In this document: positions 1 through 16,080 of the stretch, piece by piece
Layout: each line of letters begins with the position of its first letter
Position numbering within the stretch: position 1 is the first letter of the stretch
NCBI RefSeq assembly: GCF_009914755.1
Contig: NC_060932.1
Strand: one strand, 5' to 3'
DNA from: the human T2T-CHM13v2.0 reference genome, Homo sapiens
DNA: 64,000 bases
Translations under genes and position numbers: made by a program
Notes under the pieces: model-generated
Database searches by the model: none
What the model was told of the DNA's origin: nothing
The model's input: only the letters and a program-made list of their open reading frames with translations

Positions 1-33
1 AGCAGGAGCTTTACTAGTTTACGATATTACACG
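1..33 (+). CDS. RAB2A: RAB2A coding exon, 3' end only (probably exon 4); AGALLVYDITR
   Basis: The frame from base 2 reads AGALLVYDIT-R, the Rab LLVYDIT motif. A GTGAGA donor follows at 34 and joins in phase 2 to the exon at 466. Confidence 0.95.
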
Positions 34-391
34 GTGAGAACTTGAAAACTTTGCAATTCAGTAGTTGATACAGAGAATTTTTCTAAATAGATGTGGTTAA
101 CAGTAATGAAAGAATAGCTTAGCCTTTCTGCCCCGGCTACTCACCTTTAAAACTGCATCTTGAGTCCAATTTAAATTTACTACAGAAACCTGCAACTGAA
201 TTGTTTTTCTTATTTGAATTAGCACCTTCAAATTGAAATCGGCCATATTATTTATTCATTGGAATTTTCTAAAGTGTGATTACATTTAATTTATAAACTG
301 AAATACAATCAGTGAACTCTAAACCCAGATATGGTGCTTAAAACTACTTCTCGTTACATAAGTGGATATGGCTAAAAGTGGTTCTCTTTAA

Positions 392-559
<168 letters not shown>

Positions 560-1024
560 TAAAAAGGCTAATTTAGAGCTTACATTGCATTAGTGATGAA
601 GACTGTACTGTTTATTTGACTACTTTCCTTAACATTTGTTCAAATGTGAGTTACCAGCCTCTTAAATTATAAAATTTCGGAAATTCTAAGGTGTTTCTTT
701 TGATTTTTAAAATGATGTTAATAAGCTTTGTTGGAAATTATTACTGTTATTATTAGAAATAGTTTTTGTGTAAAGAAATACTTTAAAAAGTAATCTGAAG
801 GAGTTTTATCAGATTACTGATGTAAAGTAAAGCCTACTGATTTATTTGGGGAGTTGGATTGAACATCTTTGTGCTGTCAATTTAAAATGCTATTATATGG
901 GAAAACCTTCTTGCTTGACCAGTTTCCATAAACTTCTAAGAGTGTGGGAAAGTTTTCACTAATTTTTGTAGAAACTTACAGTGGTAAGAAAATATTAGTA
1001 TTTTCAAAATGCTAGGCACCATTC

Positions 1025-1377
<353 letters not shown>

Positions 1378-1761
1378 TAATAAAATACTCTGAAGAGATG
1401 CTGTTTTTAGATAGGTAAAATCATGACTTATATGATAATGAAGACATCTCAAAACTTTTATCTCATTAATTAACAAGATAAGGAAACTGGTAAGATATTT
1501 CAGCCAGTTCAAAAGGGAACTCAAATTACTATACATTGATAATCAAATAAAGAAACTGAAATGAATTTACAAGATGGATGCAAAACTGAACAGTATTCAC
1601 AGGGTATTAATTGTATTCCACAGGACACAGTCTGCATTTCCATGGACAGGAATTATTTGCGTTTATTCCCACAAGTTAACTTCTCTCTCTGCAGTCTTTG
1701 AAAATGTGTGAGATGCAGTTAAAATAGTACTATCAAGAAAATTTTTAAATGAACAGCCTAG

Positions 1762-2050
1762 GGCCAGGTACAGTGGCTCACACCTGTGATCCCAACACTT
1801 TGGGAGGCCCAGGTGGAGGATTGCTTGATCCCAGGAGTTCAAGATCAGCCCGGGCAACACAGGGAGACTCCATCTCTACAACAAATTTTAAAATTTAGCT
1901 AGACATGATGGTGCATTCCTGTGATTCCAGCTACTCAGGAGGCTGAGGTGGGAGAATCACTTGAGCCCAGTTGAGGCTGCAGTGAACTGTGTTCATGCCA
2001 CTGTACTCCAGCCTGAGCAACAAAGCAAGACCTTGTCTCAAAAAAAAAAA
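1762..2050 (+). mobile_element. Alu (AluJ-like)
   Basis: GGCCAGGTACAGTGGCTCAC start, dimer and A tail; flanked by AA(C/T)AGCCTA target-site duplication (TSD). Confidence 0.93.
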
Positions 2051-2377
2051 GAAAATAGCCTAATTTTTTTGCCTTAAGAAACTAGAATAAGAGCAAATCA
2101 AAGTTAAGGAAAGCCTCCTGCCCGTTAAAAAAAAAAGAGAGAGAGAAAACCAATGAAACCAAAAGCTAATTCTTCAGAAGATAAAATAAAATAGATACTG
2201 ATCAGGAAAAAGACAAACATTAGCAATATCAGGAAAGAAAGGTTGACATCACTATAGATAAAAAAAAGAGAGAGAATATTGTAAACAGACTAAATAAATG
2301 AAGAGATATAACCATGTTCATGGATTGTAAAACTAAATATAAGATGTCTTCTCAAATTTATCTAAAAATTCATTGAA

Positions 2378-2695
2378 GGCCAGGTACAATGGCTCACATC
2401 TGTAATCCCAGCACTTTGGGAGGCCAAGGCAGGAGCATCACATGAGGCAAGGAGTTCAAGACCAGCCTGAGAATGTAGCAAGACCCTATCTCTACAAAAA
2501 ATAAAATAATAATTAAAAAAAACTAGCTAGGCATGCTGGCACACGCCTTTAGCTCTACTTACTCAGGAAGCAGAGGTGAGAGGATCACTTGAATCCAGGA
2601 GCTCAAGGTTGCAGTGAGCTATGATTGTGCCACCTGCACTCCAGCCTGGGCAAAAGAGCAAGACTCTGTCTCCAAGAAAAAAAAAAAAAAAAAAA
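2378..2695 (+). mobile_element. Alu (AluJ-like)
   Basis: Dimeric Alu with poly(A) tail. Confidence 0.92.
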
Positions 2696-3301
2696 GATTT
2701 ATTGTAACCCTAATCAAACTATCAAACATTGGCAGACTTTTTTGGGAGGGTAGATATTGACAAGCTGACTTTAAAGTTTATGTGCAAAGGCCACGGAATA
2801 GCCAAATCAACTTTGACAAAGAGGCACAATATTGGAGAGAATTTACTATTCTACAAATTTTAAGATTTATTATACTATAGTCAATTTACTATTGTTTGGC
2901 ATAAGCAGACATAGATCAGTAGAGCCGAATAAGAAGTTCCAGAAGTAGATTCATATATATATGATATATTAATTTTTTGACAGAGATGCTAATTTAGTTG
3001 AAGAAGGGGTAATCTTTTTCATCAAATGGTGCTGAAACAGTTAATAGTCATATGTAAAAATATGAACCTCAACTGTTACATTATACCATTTACAAAAATT
3101 AACTGGAAGTGGATCATAGACCTAAGTGTGAGAGCTAAAACTACTTAAAATTTCTAAAAGAAAACAAATTGTAGTGACCCTGTTTTGGCAAACATTTCTT
3201 AAATGGGACAGAGAAAAGCATGAACTTATAGTTCAGAAAAAAAATCAATAAATTGTTCTTTAACTGAATTTAAAACTTTTGTTCTTCAAAAGACGGTTAC
3301 A

Positions 3302-3528
3302 CTATTATACAACATCGTGACATGGTTAATGATGATATAGTGCATTCTGGAAAAATGCTGAAAGAGTGGATGTTAAGTGTTCTCACCACAAAAAACGATA
3401 ACTGTGAGATAATGCAAATTAGCTAGATTAACCATTCCACAGTGTATATATACTTTAAAACAATATGTTGTACATGATAAATATATGCAATTTTACCTAT
3501 CAATTTAAATAAATAAATTTGAAGAAAA
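3302..3528 (+). mobile_element. 5'-truncated L1MA-type 3' end inserted in the older L1
   Basis: TGTTCTCACCACAAAAA...TTAGCTAGATT...CCATTCCACA motif, flanked by an ACGGTTACA duplication (3293-3301, 3529-3537). Confidence 0.75.
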
Positions 3529-3777
3529 ACGGTTACAAAAATGAAAAGACAAGCTACAGACTAGCAGAAAATATTTGTGAAAAATGTATCTGACAAAGGA
3601 TTTATATCTAGAATATATGAAGAATGCTTATAATTCATTAATAAGAAGACATCCACTTTTTAAAAATGATCTAAAGATTTGAACCAGCAATTACTACAGA
3701 AGATATACTACTGATGGGAACGTAAAATGATACAATCACTTTGGAAAACAATTTGGTAGTTTCTTTAGAAATTAAAA

Positions 3778-4037
3778 GGCCGAGGCGGGAGGATTGCTTC
3801 AGCCTAGGAGTTTGAGACCAGCCTGGGCAATGTAGGGAGACTTCTTCTATACAAAAATAAGAAATTTTTTAAAAAAGTAGCTGAACATGGTGGTACATAC
3901 TTGTAGTCCCAGCTACTCCAGAGGCTGAGGTGGTAGGATCACTTAAGCCTGAGAGGTCAAGGCTGCAGTGAGCCATGATCATGCCACTGTATTCCAGCCT
4001 AGGCCACAGAGCAAGACCCTGTCTCAAAAAAAAGAAA
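3778..4037 (+). mobile_element. Alu, 5'-truncated (AluJ-like)
   Basis: Starts at GGCCGAGGCGGGAGGATTGC; both arms and an A tail are present. Confidence 0.9.
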
Positions 4038-5519
4038 TAAAGCACACATCTATATTTCCTAGCCACTTTACTCCCAGATGTTTACCCAACATAAATATGT
4101 CTTCATGTGTCCACAGAATTATGTACAAATATTCATACCAGCTTTATTTCTAATAGCCCCAAACTGGAAACAACCCAAATATCAATTAACAGATGAATCG
4201 AAAAATAGTGATACAGCATTACAACAGACTACAACTCAGCTATAAAGAGGAATGAACTATTGATACATGCAGCAAAATGGATGATTCTCAAAATAATTAC
4301 AGAGTGAAAAAACTCAGACCAAAAATACCATGTGATTACATTTATATAAAAATCCTAGTAAATGTGTACTAATCTGTAGTGGCAGAAAGCAGATCATCAG
4401 CTGCCTAGGGTGCAGGGGCAAGAAGGGATGGATTACAATGGAGTATGAGGAAACTTTTGGGAGACTGATGGCTTCACGGGCTTACATATCTTAAAACTCA
4501 ACAAATTTTGCATTTAAGTACAACTTCTTTTATGTCTGTTACACCTCAAAAAAGCTATAATGTAAAACATCGTTATACTGTATAGATTTTAGAGTGTTGT
4601 TTTAATAGAAATTGAGATTTGCTATTAAGAGAAAATATTACCTAAGTGATATTTACATTATAAAAAGCTAAACATTGTTTACTTCTTTGTGTAGAGAAGA
4701 AACTATTATCATATTCTCTGAAGGCCTTTCTTGGGTATTCTTTTCCACATTTAAATCATCTCACTAAACCTTTTTAAGGTTATAAAGCTATTGGAGGGAA
4801 GTTTTAGTCTTTCTATGATGGAAATAGTTATTCTGTCATTCAAGGTATGAAATAATAAGAGGAGAATACTTGGAAAATAAAGAGAATTTTTATCCTTTTA
4901 TTTTACCAATTTTTTCCTTGTGGCTGAAACATGATGAGTGACAGCTTACTGGTGGCTTAAATTTGGTCACCGACCACTAGGAGCTGATAGTTCAAATGTG
5001 AGAAGAAATAAACAAAGCATAGTATGTAAACGAGATGTTTCTGATGATCGTAGGTGGGTGACCTTTAAAATCAGGAGTATAACGAACAAGAAAGAACAGA
5101 GAGAAATAAATGAGATGATTATTTTTAGATGAATTGAACTGTGGATAGACATCAAAACAGGGAATAAGCAATTTTTGAATTAGACGCATTAAGCAGTAGG
5201 GAGCCAGTGAAGGGCAGTGACCTAGTCAGAGCAACAGATGACACAAATTTTTCTTACTATGGCATTTTATTAATAAATTGGTTATATAAGAAATAGGAAG
5301 CAGAGATTTAAAAAATGAAAGTTTTTTAATAGTGTAAGGGTTGTAATGCAAACCCTAAACAAAAAGGGGCCATAAATTAAAAGAAAGATACTTAAGTAAC
5401 CTAAGCAACTTAAGTGGGATTCAGAGGGAGTGAACTAAGACAACAATATGATGTAATGCCTGGAAAACTGAGGTATTTTTAAAACTTTGCACTAAGTATA
5501 TCGTCAAGTACTATGGCTT

Positions 5520-6092
<573 letters not shown>

Positions 6093-6098
6093 TACCCA

Positions 6099-6236
6099 GG
6101 CTTAACGCAGTGTCTCAGTCCTGTAGTCCTAGCAATTGGGAAGGCCAAAGTGGGAGGATCACTTGAGTCCTGGAGTTCAAGACCAGCGTGAGCAACATAG
6201 TGAGACTTTGTCTCTGAAAAAATTAAAAAAAAAAAA
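6099..6236 (+). mobile_element. Alu left monomer (FLAM-like)
   Basis: Single arm with GGAGTTCAAGACCAGC followed by an A tail. Confidence 0.8.
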
Positions 6237-6271
6237 CTGCCCTGGAAAAGCCTTGGCACGTGTATACACAA

Positions 6272-6356
6272 ATATATATATATATTTTATATATATATGT
6301 AAAATACATATATTTTAATATATGTATTTTATATATATATAATACATATATATATA
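6272..6356. repeat. (TA)n-rich near-palindrome
   Basis: Directly visible; the arms are symmetric about 6315-6316. Confidence 0.85.
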
Positions 6357-7160
6357 ATGCTTATTGTAACATTGTTTGTAATAATGAAAAATTATAAATA
6401 ACTTTGCCTTATAGAGAATTTAAGTTGTATTGCATTCATTCAGTAGACTGTAATTCACCAGTTTAAAAACAAACTAGATCTGCATGTATTATATGGATAA
6501 ATTTGAAAAACATAGTGTTGACCAAAGTTAACAAGTTGTAAAACAGTAGCTACATCTGAATTTTTAAAGACATGAAAAAGAAATACTATTTATGGTTATA
6601 AACATGAGGATAAATGCAAAAACATGCATGAGAATGAAAACACCAAATTTAGGTAGTGGTTACCTTTAGGGTAAGAGGGAGGAGAGTGGGATCAGAGACA
6701 CACAGGTGGTGATTCTGCTGTTGCTGATTTTATTTCTTAAAGGGAAAGAAACCTGAAATCTGGCAAATAATATGTCAAGGCTAGCTGGAAGTATGTGGAC
6801 ATTATATTATACATCTTTTTTCATGTATAAACATGTAATAATAAATAATATATAAAAAGTAATAAATATAATAATAAAGTTTTTTAACTTTAAAAATAAA
6901 ACACGCTTTAAAAGCAACTGCTACCTCCCCTCCCCCCCACTAATAAAATTCTAGTATGATAAAAATGAATACCCTGCTTTCATTGGAAATTTCTAGCTTA
7001 CACTTTCTCTCTCACTCCGTTTCTCCTTTTCTGTCTCTCTCTACTCCTTCTCCCTCCCTCCCTCCCTCTCTCTCTCTGTCTATATCAATTTTGCTTTAAG
7101 AGGAAACTGGGAATTAAACAAACTGGGATCAATGATGTAATGTATCTTTAGTACTTTGGA

Positions 7161-7336
7161 TTTTCTAAACAATTTCCTGTAGTTTCTGAGAGTTGTATTT
7201 TAATCACATTCATAGAAACGCAGTCAGTCTGGCCAATGGAGGAGAATAGTATAGTCCTGCTCTTTCAAATTATGTTAAGCAAAATGGCTTTCTTCTCTGG
7301 GAATGCACTGTACTCAAAGATATAAGGTATTAGACT
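7161..7336 (+). repeat. Local direct repeat, copy 1 (~175 bp)
   Basis: TTTTCTAAACAATTTCCT...AAAGATATAAGGTATTAGACT, repeated at 7954-8121. Confidence 0.93.
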
Positions 7337-7574
7337 AGAGGCTCCCTTAAGTTACGGCTAGTTCTAACGTTCTAAAGCTCTAACACAGAATCTTTCTTCT
7401 GTTGGATTGTTAGTTCTTTGAAACTAGACAGTGTGTTCTAAATACTAACCCTCATAATACCCTGAATAATACAGTTAGTATGTTAAAAATTAATTAAAAG
7501 AATGGTCATCACAACTTTGAATTCCATGGTACACTTTCCACAAATGCTTCTGTTTGTACCATGTTGATTAGTAA

Positions 7575-7790
<216 letters not shown>

Positions 7791-7953
7791 TAAGTTTTTA
7801 GTCGGATGGTCTTTGAACATCATAAAGTAGGAAAGTTTCTTCCCTTTGAAATCCCTTGTAACATTCACCTTCTGTCAGACTCTTAAATCATATTGAGCCT
7901 TCTAAAGCCTGAATGTTTTCTTACATTTTTGTACGTATTTTCACTCCCTCCCT

Positions 7954-8121
7954 TTTTCTAAACAATTTCCTATAGTTTCTGAGAGTTATATTTTAATCAC
8001 ATTCATAGAAAGTCAGTCTGGCCAATGGAGGAGAATAGTGTAGTCCTATTCTTTCAAATTATGTTGAGCAAAATGGCTTCTCTGGGAACCCACTGTACTC
8101 AAAGATATAAGGTATTGGACT
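7954..8121 (+). repeat. Local direct repeat, copy 2 (~168 bp)
   Basis: TTTTCTAAACAATTTCCT...AAAGATATAAGGTATTGGACT; about 90% identical by eye to 7161-7336. Confidence 0.93.
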
Positions 8122-8892
8122 TCTTCGTGTTGCATGGTAGGGAAATCTTTTTTGTGTTGCATGGGAGGGAAACAAGGAACCACACTAATGAAATTTGGAA
8201 ATGTTTCAAGACAGCAGAACGTTTGTAGCTATTTATATCCACTTCTGCTTATTTTTTTAATTTTATTTATTTTTTTAACTGTCAATATATTACCACATCA
8301 CCACTTCTGCTTAAAGTATTCTATTATTGCTGTGTAACATTTTACAAAGCATGAGAATTCTGTTTCATCTATTGATGAAATTTGTATTATTTCAGTTATT
8401 TCCATTGATGAACCTGAACTATTGGAACTTTTCTGAACACAGTGTATTCTTTTATGCTCTATGTGTTTGTGTTTGGAGGTAGTATGTATATACATATTAT
8501 AAATAGATGATTACGTAGTTGATCCTTTCTAAGGTAAATGTATTACTATACTGTTATTTTATAAAAAGAGGTAATGAAGCTAAGAAAAGTAGTAGTTTAT
8601 CCAAAGTAATACTTAGTTCCCGATTTCTAGATAAGAACAGCTTATAAGAGCAACTACAGAAAGTAGTTCTAAAAAACAAATGAGTTAAGAATCACTGCCG
8701 TAAGGATAACAGAGGTCAGGGTCCTGGGCAACAGCTAGCATGTGCCTTCAATGTAGTAAGCAGTCAGTAAATATTTATTAAGAATGATACTTGGAGCTCT
8801 TCTGATTAACCCTTGAACCTAAAAATTGACTACAGTAATTCTACAGCATTGGTATTTTCACCGAAGAATTCTTTCTTAGGTAAAATATTATA

Positions 8893-9030
8893 CAGTCATG
8901 TGTTGCTTGACAAAGGAGATACATTCTGAGAAATATGTCACCAGGTGATTTCATCGTCACGTGACCATCATAGAGTGTACTTACATAAGCCTAGATGGCA
9001 TAGCCTACTACTGCACCTACTACACACTTC
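8893..9030 (+). mobile_element. Tigger3-like (TcMar) DNA-transposon end
   Basis: TA followed by CAGTCATGTGTTGCTT...ATACATTCTGAGAAAT...CATCATAGAGTGTACTTAC...CCTAGATGG..TAGCCTACTAC. Confidence 0.8.
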
Positions 9031-10214
9031 CCTTAGTAGACCTTGGTGCCAGAGGAATGACACAGTGATGATTTCCCTTGGTTTTCTTTTTGCCACATAC
9101 CCGAGACTGGGTGCTAGAGAAACAGGCAACCTAGAAAGGTCAACAGGCACAGAAAAAGAAAGTCTTCTAGCCAGAGAACCAGGAAATAGGCAGGTCAGAA
9201 CAGTGTTCGCAAGCCAGAACACTCTTAGAAAGTAACCATTCTACTGTAGCCAAACATCACAGAAAAAATTGTGGCTCTGCTTCCACAATCCCCAGGCAGT
9301 AATGAAGTAGCACCCTACCACCACCATTTCCCTTGTTGGAGTGGAGTGAGAGGAAGCCAACTAAACAGTGGTTTAAATAAGACCCAGAGTCTCATAACAT
9401 AGTATCTAAAATACCCATGTTTCAATAGAAAATCATTCATCATACCTAGAACCAGGAAGATCTTAAATTGAATGAAAAAAAGATAATAGGTGCCAACAGT
9501 GAAATGACAGTGGTGTTTGAATTATCTTACAAAGATTTTAATGCAGCAATCATTAAAATGCCTCAACAAACAAGGAACATGCTTGAAACAGAAGAGTCTT
9601 AGCAAACAAACAATCTGAGCAAAAGAAATGCAAGATAAAAAAAAGAACCAAATAGGAATTTTAAAATAAAAAAAAATACAATAATTGAAATTTTAAAACT
9701 CTTTCAAAGCTCTTTGTACACTAGAAAAAAAAACTTAGTGAATGGACTCAACAGCAGAATGGAGATAAAGGAAAGAAATAGTGAACTGGATGATAGAACA
9801 ATAGTAACTACTTAGTCTAAACTGCAGAGAGAAAATTGAGGAAACAAATGAACACTACCTCAGGGACTTATAGGACTGTAACAAAAGCTGACGTTATATG
9901 ATGCATCATAAGTCCTAGAAGGAGAGGAAAAAGGAATGGCTCTGAAAAATACTCAAAGAAATAATGGCTGAAAACTTCTTAAATGTGGCAAAAAGTATAT
10001 AAACCTACAGATTGAAGACAGCCCCAAAGAGGTTAAACCCAGACAAATCCACATGATGACGAACCTCTGTATGGTCAAATTTCTGAACGTGAAAGACAGA
10101 AAAAAAAATCTTGAAAGCAGCAAAAAATAGCACCCTACGTATAGGGGAAAAACAGTTCTAATGATAGCAGATTTCTCATCAGAAACCATGGAGGACAGAG
10201 AAAATAGCACAGTG

Positions 10215-10687
10215 ATTTTTGTTTGTTTGTTTGTTTTTATTATACTTTAAGTTCTAGGTTACATGTGCACAACGAGCAGGTTTGTTACCTAGGTATATAT
10301 GTGCCATGTTGGTTTGCTGCACCCACCAAGTAATCATTTACATTGGGTATTTCTCCTAATGCTATCCCTCCCCCAGCCCTTCAACCCCCAACAGGCCCCG
10401 GTGTGTGATGTTCCCTGCCCTGTGTCCAAGTGTTCTCATTGTTCAGTTCCCACCTATGAGTGAGAACATGCGGTGTTTGGTTTTCTGTCCTTGTGATAGT
10501 TTGCTGAGAATTATGGTTTCCAGCTTCATCCATGTCTCTGCAAAGGACATGAACTCAACTTTTTTATGGCTGCATAGTATTCCATGGTGTATATGTGCCA
10601 CATTTTCTTAATCCAGTCTACCATTGATGGACATTTGGGTTGGTTCCAAGTCTTTGCTATTGTGAATACTGCCACAATAAACATACG
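10215..10687 (-). mobile_element. L1PA 3' end, 5'-truncated
   Basis: TTATTATACTTTAAGTTCTAGG...ACATGTGCACAAC; TSD TAGCACAGTG at 10205-10214 and 10688-10697. Confidence 0.92.
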
Positions 10688-11862
10688 TAGCACAGTGTTT
10701 TGCAAGAGCAGAAAGAAAAGAACTATCAGCCCAGAATTCTTTACCCAGCAAAGAAAAAAAAGAATTAGCAATGAAGGTGCAATCAAGACATTCTTAGAGA
10801 AGGAAAAACCAAGAATTTATTAGTAGCAGATTTGCATAAAAGAATGGCTAAAGGAAGTTTTCTAATAGAAGTGAAATGATTGAAGAAAGAATCTTAGAAC
10901 ACCATAAAGGAAGAAAAAAACATAAGAAACAAAAATATGGATAAATATGATAGACTTTTTTCTTCAAGTCTTGCAAATTATGTTTGATGTTTGAAGTATA
11001 AACAAGTAACCACTGTCTGATGTGATTATCAGTGTATTCCACAATATTATAAGCCATGGGGAATAAAGGGATTTGATTAGCCCACAGGAAGGCAGGAGAA
11101 GGAAAATAGAAAACAAAGTAAAATGTCAGATGTAAGCCCTCATATATCAATAACTAAATGTTGGTGGTCAAAATACACAAATCAAAAGGGATTAGCAGAG
11201 AGAATTTTAAAAACAATGACTTAGCTATATGGTATTTATAAGAAACTCACTCCAAATACAACAGTACAGTTAGGTTGAAAATAAAATGATAGGAAAAGTT
11301 ATACAAATATTAATCAAAGGAAAACAGGAGTAGCTATATTAATATCACATAAACTTAAGGGCAGAAAAAAATTATCAGAGTGGGACATTATATAATGATA
11401 AAAGAATCAGCCCTCCAGAAAGATGTGACAGTGCTAAACATGCGTGTACCAGATATGTGAAGCAAAAACTGATAGACTGCGAGGAGAAATAGAGAAATTC
11501 ACAATTACGGTTGGAGACTTCAGCATCCCTTAGGTGCTCACAGAATATATACCAAGATAGACCGTGTCCTGGGCCATAAAATAAACCTCAATAGATTTTA
11601 AAGTATTGAAATCATACGGAATGTATTCTCCAAACAAAATGGAATTAAACTAGAAATCAGTTTAACAGAAAATAGGAAAATCTACAAATACTTGGAAACT
11701 AAACAGTACGCTTCTGTGTGTCAGTGAGCAAGTCTTGAATTACAAAAAACACATTGAACTGAATGAAAATACAACATACCAATTTGTGGAAAATAGCTAA
11801 AACAGTGTTACGAGAGGGAAATGTATATCATTAAATGCACACAATAGAAAAGAAGAAGTCTC

Positions 11863-13343
<1,481 letters not shown>

Positions 13344-13742
13344 AAGAAGTCTCAAAATAATTTTAACTCCTACTTCAAGAACCCAAAGCAAAATAAACCA
13401 TAAAAAAGAAAAACCCAAAATAAATAGAAAGGAGGGAATATTAAAGATAAGAGCAGAGATTAATTAAGTTGAAAACAAAAATCAGTGAAACAAAGAGCTG
13501 GATTTTTTAAAAACTTCAGTAAAATTGGCAGACCTCTAGCAAAACTGACAGAAAAGGTGCAAGTTACCAATTATCAGTAACAAAACAGAAGCTATCACTA
13601 CAGATTCTCCAGACATAAAAGAGGTAATTAGGGAATGCTGTGAATAGCTTTACCCACATAAATGTGACAACTTAGATGACTAATAGACCAGTTTATCCAA
13701 AAACACAAATTGCTACACCCAGCCAGTATGAAAAAGTTAATT

Positions 13743-13957
13743 TGAGCCTGGGCAACATGGTGAAACCCTGTCTCTACTGAAAATACAAAAAGTAGCTGGG
13801 CGTGGTAGCAGGAGCCTGTAATCCCGGCTACTCGGGAGGCTAAGGCAGGAAAATCGCTTGAACCCAGGAGGCAGAGGTTGCAGTGAGCCGAGAGGCACCA
13901 TTGCACTCCAGCCTGGGCAACAAGAGTGAAACTACGTCTCACAAAAAAGAAAAAAAT
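13743..13957 (+). mobile_element. Alu, 5'-truncated (AluS-like)
   Basis: Begins at AGCCTGGGCAACATGGTGAAACC, followed by the right arm and tail. Confidence 0.9.
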
Positions 13958-14677
13958 TGAATAGCCCTATAAACTACAACGGAAATTGAATTCATAGTTT
14001 TAAAACTCCCCAAAAACGAAACCTCTAGGTCCAAATGGTTTCACTGCGGAATTCTACCAGACGTTTAAAAAAGGAATGAACACCAATTCTAGACCATCTT
14101 TTGCAGAAAATAGATGTAACACTTCCCTATTTATTTTATAAAACTGATTTTACTCTGACACTAAAACCAAAGACAATACAAAAAAAGGAAAAGTACAAAC
14201 CAATAGCCTTTATAAATATATAAGCAAAACTCCTCAACAAAATACCAGAAAATAGAATTTCAACAATATACGAAATTGTGTATGTGTACGTTTATAAAGT
14301 ATATATACATCATGGCCACATGGGGTTTATTCCAGGGATGCAAGGCTTGCTCTGTATTCAAAAACAAATCAGTGTACTCCACCATTTAATAGGGTAAAGA
14401 AGAGAAACCACGTGATTATAGCAGTTGATGCAGAAAAACCATTTGACAGAATTCAACACCCATACATATTTAAAAACTCTCAGAAAAATAGGAATTGAGG
14501 AGGACTTCCTCAACTTGTTAAAGAGCACGTGAACACACACCAAAAAAAAACCCACAACTAATGTTATACTTAAGGGCAAAAGGTCGAAGGCCTTGTTCCT
14601 TAGATTAGGAACAAAGCAGTAATGTCTCTTCTCAACATTAATCAACATATTGATGGAAGTTCTAGCCAGTGCAGTAA

Positions 14678-14711
<34 letters not shown>

Positions 14712-15959
14712 AAAGGCATACAACTAAGAAAGGAAGAAATAAAAAGTGTTCTATTTGTGGATGATGTAATTGTCTCAGTAGGAAATCTCAAGGGATTTGC
14801 AACAAAAAAAAGTGAGTTCAGCAAGGTTGCAGGATACAAGGTAGACATAAAAATCAATCGTATTTCTATGTTTTAGCCATGAAAACATGAACACCAAAAC
14901 TCAAAATATATCATTTTTAAGCACACAAAAAATAAAATGAAATACTTAGGGGTGAATCTAAAAACAGCATGTGCAGGCCATGTATTCTGAAAACTACAAA
15001 ACTACTTACAGTGGTGAAAGAAGTAAAAGAAAATCTAAATAAATAGAGAGGCATACTATGCCTACTGTTTGGAATATTCAACCTTGTAAAATGTCACTTA
15101 TTCACAAATTGATATAAATGTTTAACACAATTCATATCAAACTTCCAGTACAATGTTTTGTAGATATAGACAATATTATTATAAAATATATATGGAAAGG
15201 CAGAAGAACTAAAGTAGCTGACACAGCTTAGCAAAGGAGAATACAATGGGATGAATCCACCCATTGATTTCAAGTTTTGCTTAGCCAGTCATCAGGACTG
15301 CGTGATACTGGTAAAGGGATAGACACATAGATCAATGGAACAGAATAAGTAACCTGGAAACACGCGTACAAATATGCACAACTAATTTTTAACAAAGGTG
15401 CAAAAGTAGTTAAATGGAAGAAGATAGCCTTTTCAACAAATGGAACTCTAGCAGTTAGAAATCCAAAATAAATGAACTTCCTCCTAAGTCTCACACCTTA
15501 AAAAAACTAACACAAAATCCTGGAGTTAAATGTAAAATATGAACATATTTATCTTTTAGGGGAAAAAAAAAGAAAAAGAAAAATTTCAGTATCTGAGCCT
15601 TAGCGTATGTGTCACCAAAAGGATGATTCATAAAAGGAAAAAGTGATAAATTAGCTTTCAAAAACTTTAGCCTTGTGAAAGACTGTTTAAGTAGATGAAA
15701 AGACACATCTTCAGAGTGGGAGAAAATATTTACATACCAGGTATCCAACAAAAGACTAGTGGCTAGAAATAAAAATTCTCAAAAGTGTTGAGTAATTTTA
15801 CTCGGTAGTAAAAAAAAAAAAAACAATGCAATTACAAAATGGGCAAGAGAGATATGAGCAGATATTTCATTGAAGAGGATCTACAAATGGCAAATAAGCA
15901 CTAGAAAAGATCTTTGACATCAGTAGCCATTAGGGAAGTAGAAATTAAAACTTCAGTAA

Positions 15960-16080
15960 GCCAGGCCTGGTTGGTGTAAGCTGCTACTGGGGAGGCTGAG
16001 GCAGCAGGAGGATCACTTGTGCCCAGGAATTTGAGACTGGACTGGGCAACACAGACCCTGTCTCAAAAAAGAAAGAAAAA
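15960..16080 (+). mobile_element. Alu monomer (FLAM/FAM-like)
   Basis: GGAGGCTGAGGCAG...GGATCACTTG..CCCAGGAATTTGAG followed by an A tail. Confidence 0.75.

Larger units (their letters stand above)
2060..4570 (+). mobile_element. Old L1M (L1MB/ME-like) ORF2 to 3'UTR fragments, interrupted by younger inserts
   Basis: Typical L1 3' motifs, e.g. CCATGTTCATGGATTG, AAATGGTGCTGAAACA, CCCAAACTGGAAACAACCCAAAT and AAGAGGAATGAACTATTGATACATGC. Confidence 0.8.

Noticed and set aside
8869-8886. TTCTTTCTTAG|GTAAAA recursive-splice-like motif
   Set aside because: Short pyrimidine tract, weak donor and only ~1.2 kb into the intron; expected by chance.
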